IMG/VR virus record: IMGVR_UViG_3300024353_000005
Coordinates: 1-64,000 of that record
Reading direction: 5' to 3' (one strand)
Source: a virus
Length of the DNA stretch: 64,000 bases
Shown here: one piece after another, positions 32,401 through 42,357 of the stretch
How the letters are laid out: every line of letters begins with the position of its first letter
Numbering within the stretch: position 1 is the stretch's first letter
Translations under genes and position numbers: made by a program
The notes under the pieces: generated by a model
Told to the model about the DNA's origin: nothing
What the model saw: only the letters and a program-made list of their open reading frames with translations
Database searches by the model: none

Positions 32401-33215
32401 AAAAGTGTCAGTTTAAAAATGGCTTCTGCTCTCGTTGGTCTGTAGTTATATGCCTTTAGATAACTGGTAATAGCTTTATTGTTATCTTTGAGTAATAAAT
32501 AACAGTTGCCTATCTGATATAAACTGCGATAAACTTCCTCTTGCCAACCTCCGAAATTTACTCGTTTCCGATAATATCTGATAGCCTGCTGGTATCTACC
32601 ATCTTCCCGCAAAGATTGAGCCAAATAAAATGTATATCTCACCTTATTTTCTGGGTCTGTCTTTATAGCATTTTTCAAAATCTCAATATCCCTCTTTATC
32701 TTTGTGGAATAATTCATAGCTCGCTTCCCGTCGTGCAAATCCATAAATCTGATATTATTTAATTGTCCAACAGTTGCTTTATTAGTGGATAAGAAGTTGT
32801 GTATAATTCCCTTATACTTACATCCACAATCAGGCTTAAAAATCTTGGGGAAATGGTGCTGCAATGTTGGATATTTTACGATACAGTTATAAATGTCTTT
32901 ATCCAGTTTATCCTTATCAAAATCCTTATCAACTTCTAAAACTTGGTCGGCATCCATTACCAAGATATAATCTGCTTTGCCCTTTGCTTCCTCGATATAA
33001 TAGTTTCTGGTTTCGCCAAATCCAGCCCAATCCTTTATGATTATTTCCCCTGGAATATCCTTGAGAACATCACGAATAATCTCCACAGTATTATCAGTAG
33101 ATTTGGTATCCTCTATTATCACATAGGAGTCAATGATGCCCTTGACGGAATCGAGGCAACGTTTTATCACCCTCGATTCGTTTTTGACTATCATTGCTAA
33201 TGCTAAAGTTTTCAT
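29454..33215 (-). CDS. giant multidomain glycosyltransferase/methyltransferase (GT2-TPR-MTase-GT-B-FkbM MTase-class I MTase)
   Basis: MIVKNE/DAD (GT2), TPR helices, ELGSG..VDGP, PETFG (GT-B), DVGANIG..KIDVE (FkbM), EVGSY.G..IDGNH..GHDY. Confidence 0.85.
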   Translation of the reverse strand: MKTLALAMIVKNESRVIKRCLDSVKGIIDSYVIIEDTKSTDNTVEIIRDVLKDIPGEIIIKDWAGFGETRNYYIEEAKGKADYILVMDADQVLEVDKDFDKDKLDKDIYNCIVKYPTLQHHFPKIFKPDCGCKYKGIIHNFLSTNKATVGQLNNIRFMDLHDGKRAMNYSTKIKRDIEILKNAIKTDPENKVRYTFYLAQSLREDGRYQQAIRYYRKRVNFGGWQEEVYRSLYQIGNCYLLLKDNNKAITSYLKAYNYRPTRAEAIFKLTLLYRNLGQRQLAYEFSRIGIGIKYPKLDVLFVEQNIYSYLMLFEYSIALYYVGKYAESIRVCNRIDSMTGIPKSIKEQNIKNREFSLNKISEWSMDKEMYNWIRRNIPRGSTILELGSGKSTIDLAKDYKVYSVEHDKEWLNLTNRAKYIYASIKNGWYDVDILKKELPTKYDIILVDGPPGYIGRKGFYENLKLFNTKVPILIDDTNRGMEKQLLENVSKKLRKKYVEYNTTNKKFAVINYKEKKPIKYDIIFYDDVTTPFTSRTWKERGVGASILEASLLLTELAKEKKVLAFSRTDKPKVHDRILWKNYNNCYNYECDTLIVFRYSSLPPIKYKRLIVWAHDAPPLAHKHLFEALNKDNATLITVSDWQKSLFEKYVKNIETIKLWLPDWIYNYKAEKDKNKYIYASANVKGLDSTIKLWSELKKDGRFIGAKLYVCTPGYDKVNEQKLKEAGIVFLGSLSTLEDVIREIASSVGMFYVNDFPETFGVSPYLAEILGCRTHILCTKGYGALREAVNSDLLTDDKDKFMREILEAHENGGHITKPNILTKNEQYGKWKAILAEKREVLLKNYNKVIWIDTSITNNDVSNQRFLWNGNFYEEELLEFSRKLKLDKNKVIVDVGANIGNHTIFFSLFCPHSKIFAFEPYDKVRKVLENHIKMNKLRDIKVFPYAVGAKAGFCDLEKSPSGSGIEYDGRTYIKEGNSIKMITLDEVLKDEEISLIKIDVEDYEYNVLQGAKKTLQKCHPYLFIEAKSAILKQRIDNYLASFGYKSTAQFNPYNLTYFYEVTDKTVEKSKIIKESDIPKGMYVRNFVGGKEGLQELISGLPKECVMVEVGSYIGESTELFAKKCKRVYAIDPWKNYYDGDDKSFYQQYPMELIEQAFDIRMKKFNNVIKIKGESAKESKKSGDKAFNFVYIDGNHQYENVKEDIETWLPKIKPNGMIGGHDYGYLPDVTKAVDEIFGKQRIETFKDTSWLVRLGG

Positions 33216-33383
33216 TATCTTTCTTTCCTAAATATTATTTCTTCTTGCCTTCTACAAATCTGCCAGTACTGGCCGAGTAAGCACTAATTGTGATTCTCTG
33301 TTTCCATTTAGGCCATCTTTGGACTATATCATAATCGTCAGAAACAGTTTTCCAAAAGGAACTATTATCCTTATCTCGTCTTT

Positions 33384-33635
33384 TCATTTCACATCTCCCG
33401 ATTCTTTTATTTTTTGGTCTTCATATCCCGCTAAAATTCTTCTTTCAATTTCTGTGGCACATTGTCTTAGTTCCCCACAATAATTTTTGTAATTATTATA
33501 GGAAGGTTTAACATACCTCTTACAAAAAGCATAAAGGATATAATTCAAATCTCCGTTGGCACAGACTCCCATTTCTCTCATTTTATTTATTACATTGTCC
33601 ATCCGTTTTCTATTTTCTTGATGTATATAAGGCAT
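33384..33635 (-). CDS. conserved phage hypothetical protein
   Basis: MPYI...GDLNY...YED.KI..GDV pattern. Confidence 0.6.
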   Translation of the reverse strand: MPYIHQENRKRMDNVINKMREMGVCANGDLNYILYAFCKRYVKPSYNNYKNYCGELRQCATEIERRILAGYEDQKIKESGDVK

Positions 33636-33880
33636 CTTAATCCTCCAATTTATTTCTATGTATTAATTTCATAGTTCTTTCTGCATTTCCTATTCCTGCA
33701 AATTCTCCATCACAAAAATAAAACTCGATACCCTTTATCCCAGTTTCATGTTCCATCATTTTTTCTAATTCAGCTAATCTCCTATGATATTCTCCTTCAA
33801 TTCTGCTATGTAATTTAGTGTATACTTTGAGTATTCGTAGTAATTTTCTGGTTATTTTAATTTTTTGCATCTATTCCTCC

Positions 33881-35098
33881 TTAAATATCGGCTAAATCAA
33901 CTGCATAACTAAAGGTTAAAATCCTCTCCTTTGAAACGCCCCAGACTAACTGAACTGGGTCTGCCCTCTTAGCCAGCGATTCGGCAAACTCGTCTGCACC
34001 GATAGGCGAACCGCCCCTGAACACTCTCGTTCCATTTGCATCGAAAATGCCAAAGTGGTGAAAGTGGCCATAGACGATTGCATCGGCCTCGTGCATGCTC
34101 GCCCACCCACCAAATTTTGCTCTGCTAGCAGATGTATCAGATTGCTCTGGTGCAATGTGCCTGATATGGTATTTCCAACCCTGTATCTCAAAGTTAAGAT
34201 AGTCAAGCGTGGAAAAATGAATCTCTACCTTTTTATTATTGGCATATGCTTGATATTTAAGGACAAGGTATATCATTATATCCCAGTTGGAATTTGGGTC
34301 TTTATCCTTGCCAAGACGACCATGATTTCCCTTTACTCCGTAAAACTTGACATTTAGCTTCCTATCAAGAAGAGCCTGAATCAGCTTGGTAAATACTTCC
34401 ACAACCAGCATTACTTGATAAGGTGGAGCGAGTTCCTGTTCATATGCCTGTGTTGCATATATATCTTCGCCATTAGCATTATCGCCAGTTGAGATAAGAA
34501 CCACATCATTGATTTTAGTCCCTTTCTTAATATGGTTATCCAACAGCTTTAATATCTGGGCACAGAATTTGTCCATTCTCCGCTTAAACACAGCCTCATT
34601 ATAGACTATATTGCCCTGCTGGTCTTTAACTACCTTGCCAGCGTGCCAGTCAGATAAGTGGATTACTAATGTTTCCCCAGTAATATGAGAGTGAGTTTTG
34701 GCAGCCTGATATGGTTTAATATCCTTTGTAAGTTCCTGCAAGGACTCTACCAAAAGTTTAGAACGAGTTGTTGAGTCAATTATATTGTATTGCTTACATA
34801 AGCTCCTCACTTTATCCTCACTTATACCGAGTTTCTTAGCGACTACCGATTTAGTTTCATAAAGAGCAAGTAATTTCAACAATTCTTTCTGTGTTACAGA
34901 AGAGTCTTCCTTAATGACCTCTGATTTGGTGATATATTTTTTATAGTTAAGCTCACCTTTTGCTCTTTGTTTGGCTGCAATCCTCTCAACAGTCCTTTCG
35001 CTGATACCGTATTTAATGGACAGTTGGGTAGTAGTCAGCCCTTTATTGTAATCCTTATTAAACTGAACTAAATTAGTTTTATTTTTCATTTTAATCAT
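33881..35098 (-). CDS. HTH-fused metallophosphoesterase/nuclease
   Basis: two N-terminal HTH-like segments; SDWH, GD, GNHGR, GHFH. Confidence 0.82.
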   Translation of the reverse strand: MIKMKNKTNLVQFNKDYNKGLTTTQLSIKYGISERTVERIAAKQRAKGELNYKKYITKSEVIKEDSSVTQKELLKLLALYETKSVVAKKLGISEDKVRSLCKQYNIIDSTTRSKLLVESLQELTKDIKPYQAAKTHSHITGETLVIHLSDWHAGKVVKDQQGNIVYNEAVFKRRMDKFCAQILKLLDNHIKKGTKINDVVLISTGDNANGEDIYATQAYEQELAPPYQVMLVVEVFTKLIQALLDRKLNVKFYGVKGNHGRLGKDKDPNSNWDIMIYLVLKYQAYANNKKVEIHFSTLDYLNFEIQGWKYHIRHIAPEQSDTSASRAKFGGWASMHEADAIVYGHFHHFGIFDANGTRVFRGGSPIGADEFAESLAKRADPVQLVWGVSKERILTFSYAVDLADI

Positions 35099-35117
35099 CT
35101 CCTATTTTTAATAGTTT

Positions 35118-35981
35118 CTATTTCTCTATTTCAAAAATATACACTGGAACTTTGCTGCAAATACCAATAATTTCTCCTCGATTATTAAAAACCGCTCCTC
35201 CAGAATTACCAAAGGTAGTAAGAGCATCGATTCCAAAATAAGTAGAATCAATATCTGTGTTACTGACTATGCCTTTTGAGAGATTATATTTTCTTCCCAA
35301 TGGATGCCCCAGAACATAAACTTCATCTCCCACTTTAGGATAAGTTTCAGCCAATTCTAATATCTCAAGTTCCACTCCTTCATTTTTGTATATTCTCAAT
35401 AATGCAAGATCTAAATCAGGATTGACAAATAAAAATTCGCCAGCCACCATAATAGAATTCTTTATTTGCACAGTTGTATTTACAACATCTTTTTGAGGAG
35501 CAAGCAGTTGTAGTGCTTCTTCCTCCAAAAATTGCTGCATCATTTCCAATTTAACAGCCAACCCCATATTCGATTCAGGAACTAGACCTATGTGCTTTGA
35601 GGTTTTGTTCTTTTTATCACCAAGTAGATGTTGGACTGTCAAGATATAATAAAAATCCTCATCCTCTTTTATACATACTCCAGCAGCTACATATTTTTCA
35701 TTATAAATGGTAACCGTTCCATTCATCATTCTTTCAAAATCTGGTTTTACCCACTTTTCAGAAAGAATACTAGCTCTTTTATATAAATCGGTAATAGCTC
35801 TGGCTTGGACATCCAAAATATCGGCAATCATTCGAATGGAAAGGTGCAATACAGTTTCATTTCTCTCTACTCTATCTTCTGTTATCACAGATTTCTTAAC
35901 TTCCACTATATGGATAAAAGCATTAGACAAAACAGCGATTACCAAGATTGTGTATAATATTCGTCTTAATGTCTTTCTCAT
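35118..35981 (-). CDS. membrane-anchored trypsin-like serine protease
   Basis: N-terminal TM; LTVQH, DLALL, GNSGG. Confidence 0.85.
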   Translation of the reverse strand: MRKTLRRILYTILVIAVLSNAFIHIVEVKKSVITEDRVERNETVLHLSIRMIADILDVQARAITDLYKRASILSEKWVKPDFERMMNGTVTIYNEKYVAAGVCIKEDEDFYYILTVQHLLGDKKNKTSKHIGLVPESNMGLAVKLEMMQQFLEEEALQLLAPQKDVVNTTVQIKNSIMVAGEFLFVNPDLDLALLRIYKNEGVELEILELAETYPKVGDEVYVLGHPLGRKYNLSKGIVSNTDIDSTYFGIDALTTFGNSGGAVFNNRGEIIGICSKVPVYIFEIEK

Positions 35982-35982
35982 T

Positions 35983-36525
35983 TTAATCAATCTCCCCTTT
36001 TGGAACAAATCCATGATTGGAATTTGTATGCTTTTTGTATTTCATACTGCAAACTTTGCATTTCTCGTTCCTGCCTATCTTTCTTTCTGGTCTTTGATAA
36101 GGTTGTGCTTTTTCATCCAACATCAATCGCCCTTCCAAATGTCCGATTTCGTGCTGTGCCACTATCGCTTCCATCCCACATAAAACATATTTCGCCCTGT
36201 CAAACCCATTCTCAATGGTTATCTGCTCGTATCTCTGGGTCGTTATCTCTTTTTTCTGGTCAGGCAAACTTAAACATCCCTCTTTGTAGAATACTATTTC
36301 TCCATTATGCTCAACAATTTTGGGATTTACTAGGTCAAGCTTTTCCTTATTAGGAATACGAATGATAGCAACTTTAGCATCAATGCCGATTTGATTTGCT
36401 GATAAACCTATTCCATTTTTGTGCTGGGTTAATTCGGCTTCAAGTTTTGAAATGATTTCCTTTACCTGTTCCTGACTAACATCTTTGCAAGGAACTCGTA
36501 ATTGTTTAACATTAGTGACTATCAT
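35983..36525 (-). CDS. def: peptide deformylase with C-terminal SEC-C-like motif
   Basis: GIGLSANQ, EGCLS, QHEIGH; tail KIGRNEKCKVCSMKYKKH. Confidence 0.9.
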   Translation of the reverse strand: MIVTNVKQLRVPCKDVSQEQVKEIISKLEAELTQHKNGIGLSANQIGIDAKVAIIRIPNKEKLDLVNPKIVEHNGEIVFYKEGCLSLPDQKKEITTQRYEQITIENGFDRAKYVLCGMEAIVAQHEIGHLEGRLMLDEKAQPYQRPERKIGRNEKCKVCSMKYKKHTNSNHGFVPKGEID

Positions 36526-37094
36526 TTATTTTCCTTATAAGCTAATGATACGATTTTGAAAGGCTCAGAAACCCCACCACTAAAATAAGAAGCACATTTT
36601 AATGCCCTTTGAACTTTAACTTTAGCACAAATTTTCCAACCTTGTAACGCATATATGACTCCGAGAGCGTAGTCCTCTCCACAACCTGTTGCAATATAAT
36701 CTGTTTCATCACATGCTACCTGAAAATCATTCTCAACAGTATATAAATTATCTTTATAGCCAATTATAAATGTTCCCCCTGTTTCCTGATTATTTTCAAC
36801 TTTGGTATAGCCATTTTTCTTTAGGCACTTTTTAACAGCATCGATAAAATCTGTTACTAAATATTCGTAATCGCTTTTAGATGATTTTTGCTTCGGAATC
36901 TTTAACTTATATCTTAATAGTTGCCCCATTCTAAAAGAGGAAGTGAAACCAAATATCATATTCCCATTCTGAAATACTTTTTCATCTTTCCTAATTCTGA
37001 CATCTAAACCAGATACTCCAGCCGAGTCTCCACCGATGTAAAGTATTCCAGCCTCTCTATCATTATATCCGACTATACAAGTGGTAGTTTTCAT
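36522..37094 (-). CDS. HslV-like Ntn-hydrolase peptidase
   Basis: N-terminal TTCIVG...GGDS, TGCG..YALG. Confidence 0.75.
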   Translation of the reverse strand: MKTTTCIVGYNDREAGILYIGGDSAGVSGLDVRIRKDEKVFQNGNMIFGFTSSFRMGQLLRYKLKIPKQKSSKSDYEYLVTDFIDAVKKCLKKNGYTKVENNQETGGTFIIGYKDNLYTVENDFQVACDETDYIATGCGEDYALGVIYALQGWKICAKVKVQRALKCASYFSGGVSEPFKIVSLAYKENK

Positions 37095-37420
37095 TTTATT
37101 CTTTTCCTAATGTTCTTATAAGGAGTTGGTTTATGACCAAGTATCCCACCAGTTTCTGTGTCTATCTTAATCCAATATTTGGCTCTCGGATTAAAAACTT
37201 GAACTCTATTTTTAATATTCCTATTTCTCATTTTTATCATCCTTAATCTCTTTCGCCTCGAATAGAACCAAGTGCGCAATCTTATCTAATTTTTCAACTG
37301 CTTCAAGTATAATCTGTTTAAAGTGCTTATGAGATTCGTGCCTTAGTTCTATCTCCAAAAGCTCGACTTCCAGTTCTTTGAGTTCGAGATAGATTTTTCC
37401 GAGTCTGCGACAATCCGAGT

Positions 37421-37801
37421 TCATTTTATTTTCTCCCAATCTTTTCCATTCCAAATTTTATTATACTTCTCCTTCATCACAAACGCTAGCCAGAGTTGTT
37501 CAAATGATTTGAATTGTAACCAAGGTTTATCTTTTTCATTAAACAATGCTCCTACTCTATTATAAAAATGTAACAGTAAATGCTGAACATCTTCTTTTGG
37601 TGCTACCATCTCCTGCAACTGGTCTTGGCGAGGGAGCCAGATTTCTTTATACTTATCATTCAAAAAGTATACACAACTCTCGTCAAAATAAGTTACAGAA
37701 GTTTGAGAATAAGCAGTCATTGTTCTACATCTAAAAGGACATAAATTCTGTATCTCCTCCGCCTTCTCGCACATCTTTATGTATTCTTTGGAAGTGTCCA
37801 T
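37421..37801 (-). CDS. hypothetical phage protein
   Basis: YIKMCEKA.EIQ...WLPRQDQLQEM...EQLWLAFVM pattern. Confidence 0.6.
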   Translation of the reverse strand: MDTSKEYIKMCEKAEEIQNLCPFRCRTMTAYSQTSVTYFDESCVYFLNDKYKEIWLPRQDQLQEMVAPKEDVQHLLLHFYNRVGALFNEKDKPWLQFKSFEQLWLAFVMKEKYNKIWNGKDWEKIK

Positions 37802-37802
37802 T

Positions 37803-40097
37803 TTACCTCCCGATAAAATCCTGAAAGTAAGTTTCCATTTCCTCTCTCGAAGCCTCTACTATCTTAGAAAAATTCTTATAAAACTTGTAATATAATTTTC
37901 CCTTAAAACCGCCTGTTTTATTCTTGATAACGCTTATCTCGATAACAGGCTGTGATTTCCCATTCTCATCCACAAAATATAAAGTGCTGTCATCCCGCAA
38001 ATCAAAATCATTATAGAGCAGTGCCGTAAAATCGGAATCGAACTGCAAGTCAACGCACTCCTTTATATCGTCGCCCAGTGGCCTTCGTAGCGAGTTTATT
38101 TTCTTGAGTTCGGCTGTAGCCACGACTGGAATGTCATAATCGGTTTTCCACCTTTTCAACGTATCCGATACATACATATATGTTTCCCTTACCGAGCCGA
38201 ATCTTAATTCGCTTTTTATCCTGTGCAGATTATCAACGATTACAATCAACTGTTTCTTGCCTGCAATTTCCTTATAAATCCTGATGTATTTTTCCATTTC
38301 CTCTATGCTACGAATATCGTTTTCCTCTTTTACAGCAAACGAACTCGACAAGGATTTCAAGTTGGTCATCGCTTTTTCACGGACTTTGAGCAATTCTTCG
38401 GCTCTTTCGGGTTCGAGTTCCTTATTATATTTAATCTTGAATTTTGGATTTGACACAGTATTTATTTCCAAGTTGGTATCGGCAGCAATTATTCTAGGAA
38501 GTATCTGCCTGATATTATCGTCAATAGAAAAGAACAATACAAAAACATCATTATATTTCGTAAGATTTAGGGCTAAATTTAATAAGACTGCCGACTTTCC
38601 TATGTTTGTTTGTCCAGCAAGCAAATAGAAAGCATTTTGTAATCCATCTAATTTTTTTGTGAGTATTGGATAACCAGTTTTCAGACCCAAAAGTCCACTG
38701 CCCCTTGACCAAGCCCAAGACTCGAATTGGTTTACCTCAGTTTCAAGAGACGATTTTTCTTTCAGTATATCCCGTGAGGTTAATAAATACCTTCCCTGTC
38801 CCAACTTCTTATTCCGTTCTACTTCCTTTTTAAGTGCCTCAAAAGTAACATCCAAAACCTCGGCTAAATCCCTTATCATCTGCTCAGTAGTTACATAATC
38901 TTCCTCGCTGACTACTAATTGTATCAGGTCATTTTTAAGAAATTCGTTCCCCTTATTATTTTTTAAGTCCTTGAGTTTCCACTCAAAAATGGTAAACTCT
39001 GGCAGATTAAGAAAATCCTCTGTGCTATGGCTTTGCAAATATTCATCTGGGTCTTTGTTCCCATTTGGCTCCTTGATAAAAACCTCTATATCCCTTTTCG
39101 CTTTTAATTTCTCCTCGATAATTCGGGTGGTCGCCTCTTTTCCCGCCTCATCATTGTCAAGGCAGAGTGTTAATTGTTTAATTCGGTTATATACCAAGAG
39201 GTCATATTGTTTGTCGCTAAATCCCAAGCCACCCAAAGCGATAACATTATCTACTCCTCGCAAAGCCAAAGACCACACATCAGCATAGCCTTCAACAAGA
39301 TAGACTTTGGGATGATTTTTCGCCTCTTTTAAATTATATAATATCTCGGCTTTCTTATACAAATTAGTCGCCCTAAAGTTAATATATTTCTGTTCCCCAT
39401 TTTTATCGCTTAATCTCCTGCTGGCGAACCCAGTTATCCTGCCATAGCCATCTCTGATAGGAAATACTAATCTGTTATTTAAAACGCCTTTGGCACTATT
39501 CTGGTTTTTCTCATTTGCTTTATCTGTTAAACCAGCCATTTCAAGTTGCTCTCTGGTATATCCCCGCTTTAAAAGATTAGCGATTAACTTGTCATAAAGA
39601 CAGTAGCCAAACTCAAACTTGTCTATGATTTTATCCCATCGCCTTTTTCTGATATAATCCTTGACTTTTTTCAACGATGAGTGTTCTTGTTTTATTACTG
39701 CTTTCATCATCTTGTTAGCCACTTCCAAAATTTCCCTTAACTGGCTTGCTTGCTTTTCTCTATCGCTTATATCCTCTACCTCATAAGAGATACCAAATTT
39801 TTTTGCCAAGTATAAAACATTGTCGGTAATAAACTCGTTTCCTGTAAGTGGCTTGCCTTCCAAAAAATAAGCACAAGCAAATATATCAGCATTGGATACA
39901 TCATCGCACACGAAACATTTGATATGCTCATCATCAGGAAAAAATGTTGCTGATGGAGAGTTATCATCATTTCTGTGATTAGAACGACAGGGACAAGTCA
40001 GGTGATTTCCCTCAAAATTTGTATCATGTTCTTCTAAATAATCCCGCAGATATGGTCTTATTTTATTTTTAAGTTCTTCTAAATTTTTTATTCGCAT
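37803..40097 (-). CDS. DnaG primase-DnaB helicase fusion
   Basis: Zn-binding CPC...H...CFVC, RLVFPI, KYIN, TOPRIM VEGYAD/DND.AG, Walker A GQTNIGKS, VDN. Confidence 0.92.
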   Translation of the reverse strand: MRIKNLEELKNKIRPYLRDYLEEHDTNFEGNHLTCPCRSNHRNDDNSPSATFFPDDEHIKCFVCDDVSNADIFACAYFLEGKPLTGNEFITDNVLYLAKKFGISYEVEDISDREKQASQLREILEVANKMMKAVIKQEHSSLKKVKDYIRKRRWDKIIDKFEFGYCLYDKLIANLLKRGYTREQLEMAGLTDKANEKNQNSAKGVLNNRLVFPIRDGYGRITGFASRRLSDKNGEQKYINFRATNLYKKAEILYNLKEAKNHPKVYLVEGYADVWSLALRGVDNVIALGGLGFSDKQYDLLVYNRIKQLTLCLDNDEAGKEATTRIIEEKLKAKRDIEVFIKEPNGNKDPDEYLQSHSTEDFLNLPEFTIFEWKLKDLKNNKGNEFLKNDLIQLVVSEEDYVTTEQMIRDLAEVLDVTFEALKKEVERNKKLGQGRYLLTSRDILKEKSSLETEVNQFESWAWSRGSGLLGLKTGYPILTKKLDGLQNAFYLLAGQTNIGKSAVLLNLALNLTKYNDVFVLFFSIDDNIRQILPRIIAADTNLEINTVSNPKFKIKYNKELEPERAEELLKVREKAMTNLKSLSSSFAVKEENDIRSIEEMEKYIRIYKEIAGKKQLIVIVDNLHRIKSELRFGSVRETYMYVSDTLKRWKTDYDIPVVATAELKKINSLRRPLGDDIKECVDLQFDSDFTALLYNDFDLRDDSTLYFVDENGKSQPVIEISVIKNKTGGFKGKLYYKFYKNFSKIVEASREEMETYFQDFIGR

Positions 40098-40592
40098 AGA
40101 TTATAATTATCCTCTCCAAAATATCTGCCACAAACCTTTAATAACTGTAGCAACTAAAAATCCCACCAGTCCAATAAGACAGAGCATAAGAAATCCTGCT
40201 ATTATTTGATAAAGTATTGTCATTTATTTTCTTTCTGGGTAGTTAAATACCCTTCTGTTCCATATAATTCCATACTTATTGTCTTTAAATCATTTAGTTT
40301 TGCATAAATAGCAGGAAATGTGGAATGTTCTGATTTATCTGCCGACCAAAAATATAAATCTTTAAATATATTTGACTTTAACCAAGTATTGTGTTTTGCC
40401 TTATAACAATGAGGCATCATATTTCTTAGTTCTTCTTTAGACAATACTTTCATTTCTCCACCTTTATATGCAATCGTTCCAAGATAGTGTCCACGACAAA
40501 ATACTCCCTCGCAACATCGTATTCCTCTCCCGAAGAAAGTATTTTCTCCACAAGGTTAATCAGTTTCCTGTATTTTCGCTTGCTAATATATC

Positions 40593-40820
40593 TCATACTT
40601 TTTTTAAAGTTCTCTTCTTTATTGTCCACTCACTTACCCAAACAAGTGCTCTATCATTTTTAAGTCGGATTTGATATCTAGTCACAGAATTATGTGAACC
40701 CATTGGTACTCTCATTCTATCCATAAGTATTCCTGTTTGACCACTATAAAATCCTGCAATAATTTCAACCCTATCTTTATAATGAAACTTTACGATTTTC
40801 TTTTTCTTTCGCCCAAACAT
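40593..40820 (-). CDS. KOW/SH3-like small protein
   Basis: DRVEIIAGFYSGQTG KOW-like motif. Confidence 0.45.
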   Translation of the reverse strand: MFGRKKKKIVKFHYKDRVEIIAGFYSGQTGILMDRMRVPMGSHNSVTRYQIRLKNDRALVWVSEWTIKKRTLKKV

Positions 40821-40822
40821 TC

Positions 40823-41701
40823 TTATCTGCTCCTTTCATTATTTTTAATAAATTTATCACCATCTATCGTTTCCCGAAACTTGCGATTTCGCTTTATCCG
40901 ATGAATATCCTTTATCACATACTCGTTTGCAAAAGTCCGCAATAATCCTGTGTGCATAGATAGCCGTCTTTCCTCAGCTTTCTTGAAAGACCAGTCCAGA
41001 AAATCTGGGACATCGTTTGCGGTCATATTGTTTTTCTCGAACTGCCTGATGAGGTTATTCATCTTAATACTGTCCATCGCCCAGTTCGGTGTGTATTTCT
41101 TCCCATAGGCATTGTTAAATTTGGACAGGAACACTCTCACCAGATAAGGTGCGTTTATCCTTCCCTCTTTGTCGGTAACTTTCTTCCTTGTATTCTTGGA
41201 ATTTTTTTCAAGTGTGGTTGACAGATTTTTCAGAAACTCGTTTGCTGGAAATCTTCCACCCAAAATTTTAAGTGCTTTTCTCAACTTATACCAGCTCGGA
41301 TATTTCCAACTGTCCAAAACTGGATTAAAGACATAAATCTTCGTTCCCTCTTTGATAAAAAATCCCACCCTATCAATGGCCTGCTTGACCAGATTTTTCT
41401 TTCCCTTCAAGGTCTGCAAGAAATCCTGCTGAAAATGCTGTGCGATTTCCTTCTTGACTATAAACTCTTTCAAGACAACAGAACCCACAATATTATAATC
41501 TATCAGGCTATCCAGAGTAAGCGAGCCAACTGTGCTGTCTAATCCGATTTGGAGGCTAAGGTCTTTTAGGCTGACTTTTTCGAAATTTCCCTTATCTGAA
41601 TAAAAATAATATGTAAATAGCAGAAGCAAAACATTAATCTGCCTCTTGTTCAGTGGTAACAGATTTAGTGCGATGAGTAAATCTTGGAAATCGGTTTTCA
41701 T
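40823..41701 (-). CDS. hypothetical protein, possible replication initiator (wHTH-like N-terminus)
   Basis: located upstream of the primase-helicase; weak HTH-like pattern. Confidence 0.35.
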   Translation of the reverse strand: MKTDFQDLLIALNLLPLNKRQINVLLLLFTYYFYSDKGNFEKVSLKDLSLQIGLDSTVGSLTLDSLIDYNIVGSVVLKEFIVKKEIAQHFQQDFLQTLKGKKNLVKQAIDRVGFFIKEGTKIYVFNPVLDSWKYPSWYKLRKALKILGGRFPANEFLKNLSTTLEKNSKNTRKKVTDKEGRINAPYLVRVFLSKFNNAYGKKYTPNWAMDSIKMNNLIRQFEKNNMTANDVPDFLDWSFKKAEERRLSMHTGLLRTFANEYVIKDIHRIKRNRKFRETIDGDKFIKNNERSR

Positions 41702-42357
41702 TTACTCTCCTCTATGTTATTTAGGGTTTTTTTTACACCAAATTATAAAATGAATAGCTATAGCTATAAAAATTATAACCAGAGCCCAAAAACAGTTCCT
41801 TGCTATTCCCTTACATATTGTATAAATTATCTCATAGCCTTCTATCTGTGTCATTTAATCTCCACATCTTTTATTTGGTTGCACCCTGTATAATTAACAA
41901 AATCAATATACTTCATAAGTTCATATTCTTGTCTATATTTTATTACCTTCCAAATTTCTATAAACAAACCATAATCTGTTTCCTGTACCAAATTGATTTT
42001 ATTTGGATTAATCAGAGTTCCATTAGTATCGTTCTCAGCTAAACATTCATGATATATTTGCCTATTTTTTTCTGTGTAAATTCTAACCCTAAAATGTAGA
42101 GAAAATAGCCCAATGATAAATACTAAACTAAAAAGTAATAGTATTCCTCTATATAAAAATATTTTTTTCATTTTTTCCTCCTATCTGCCTAAAATTTTAG
42201 CCCCGTAAAAAATAAAGAAATTGATAGCCCCAAGCAAATAGTTAATAATACCTGTAGTCAACTGTATCGGTCTGATTAACAAGCAGCAAGTTCCTGATAT
42301 TATAAAGGCGATTACTGTTATAGGTTGGGCTATTCTTAAAATTATCTCTAACATTTT

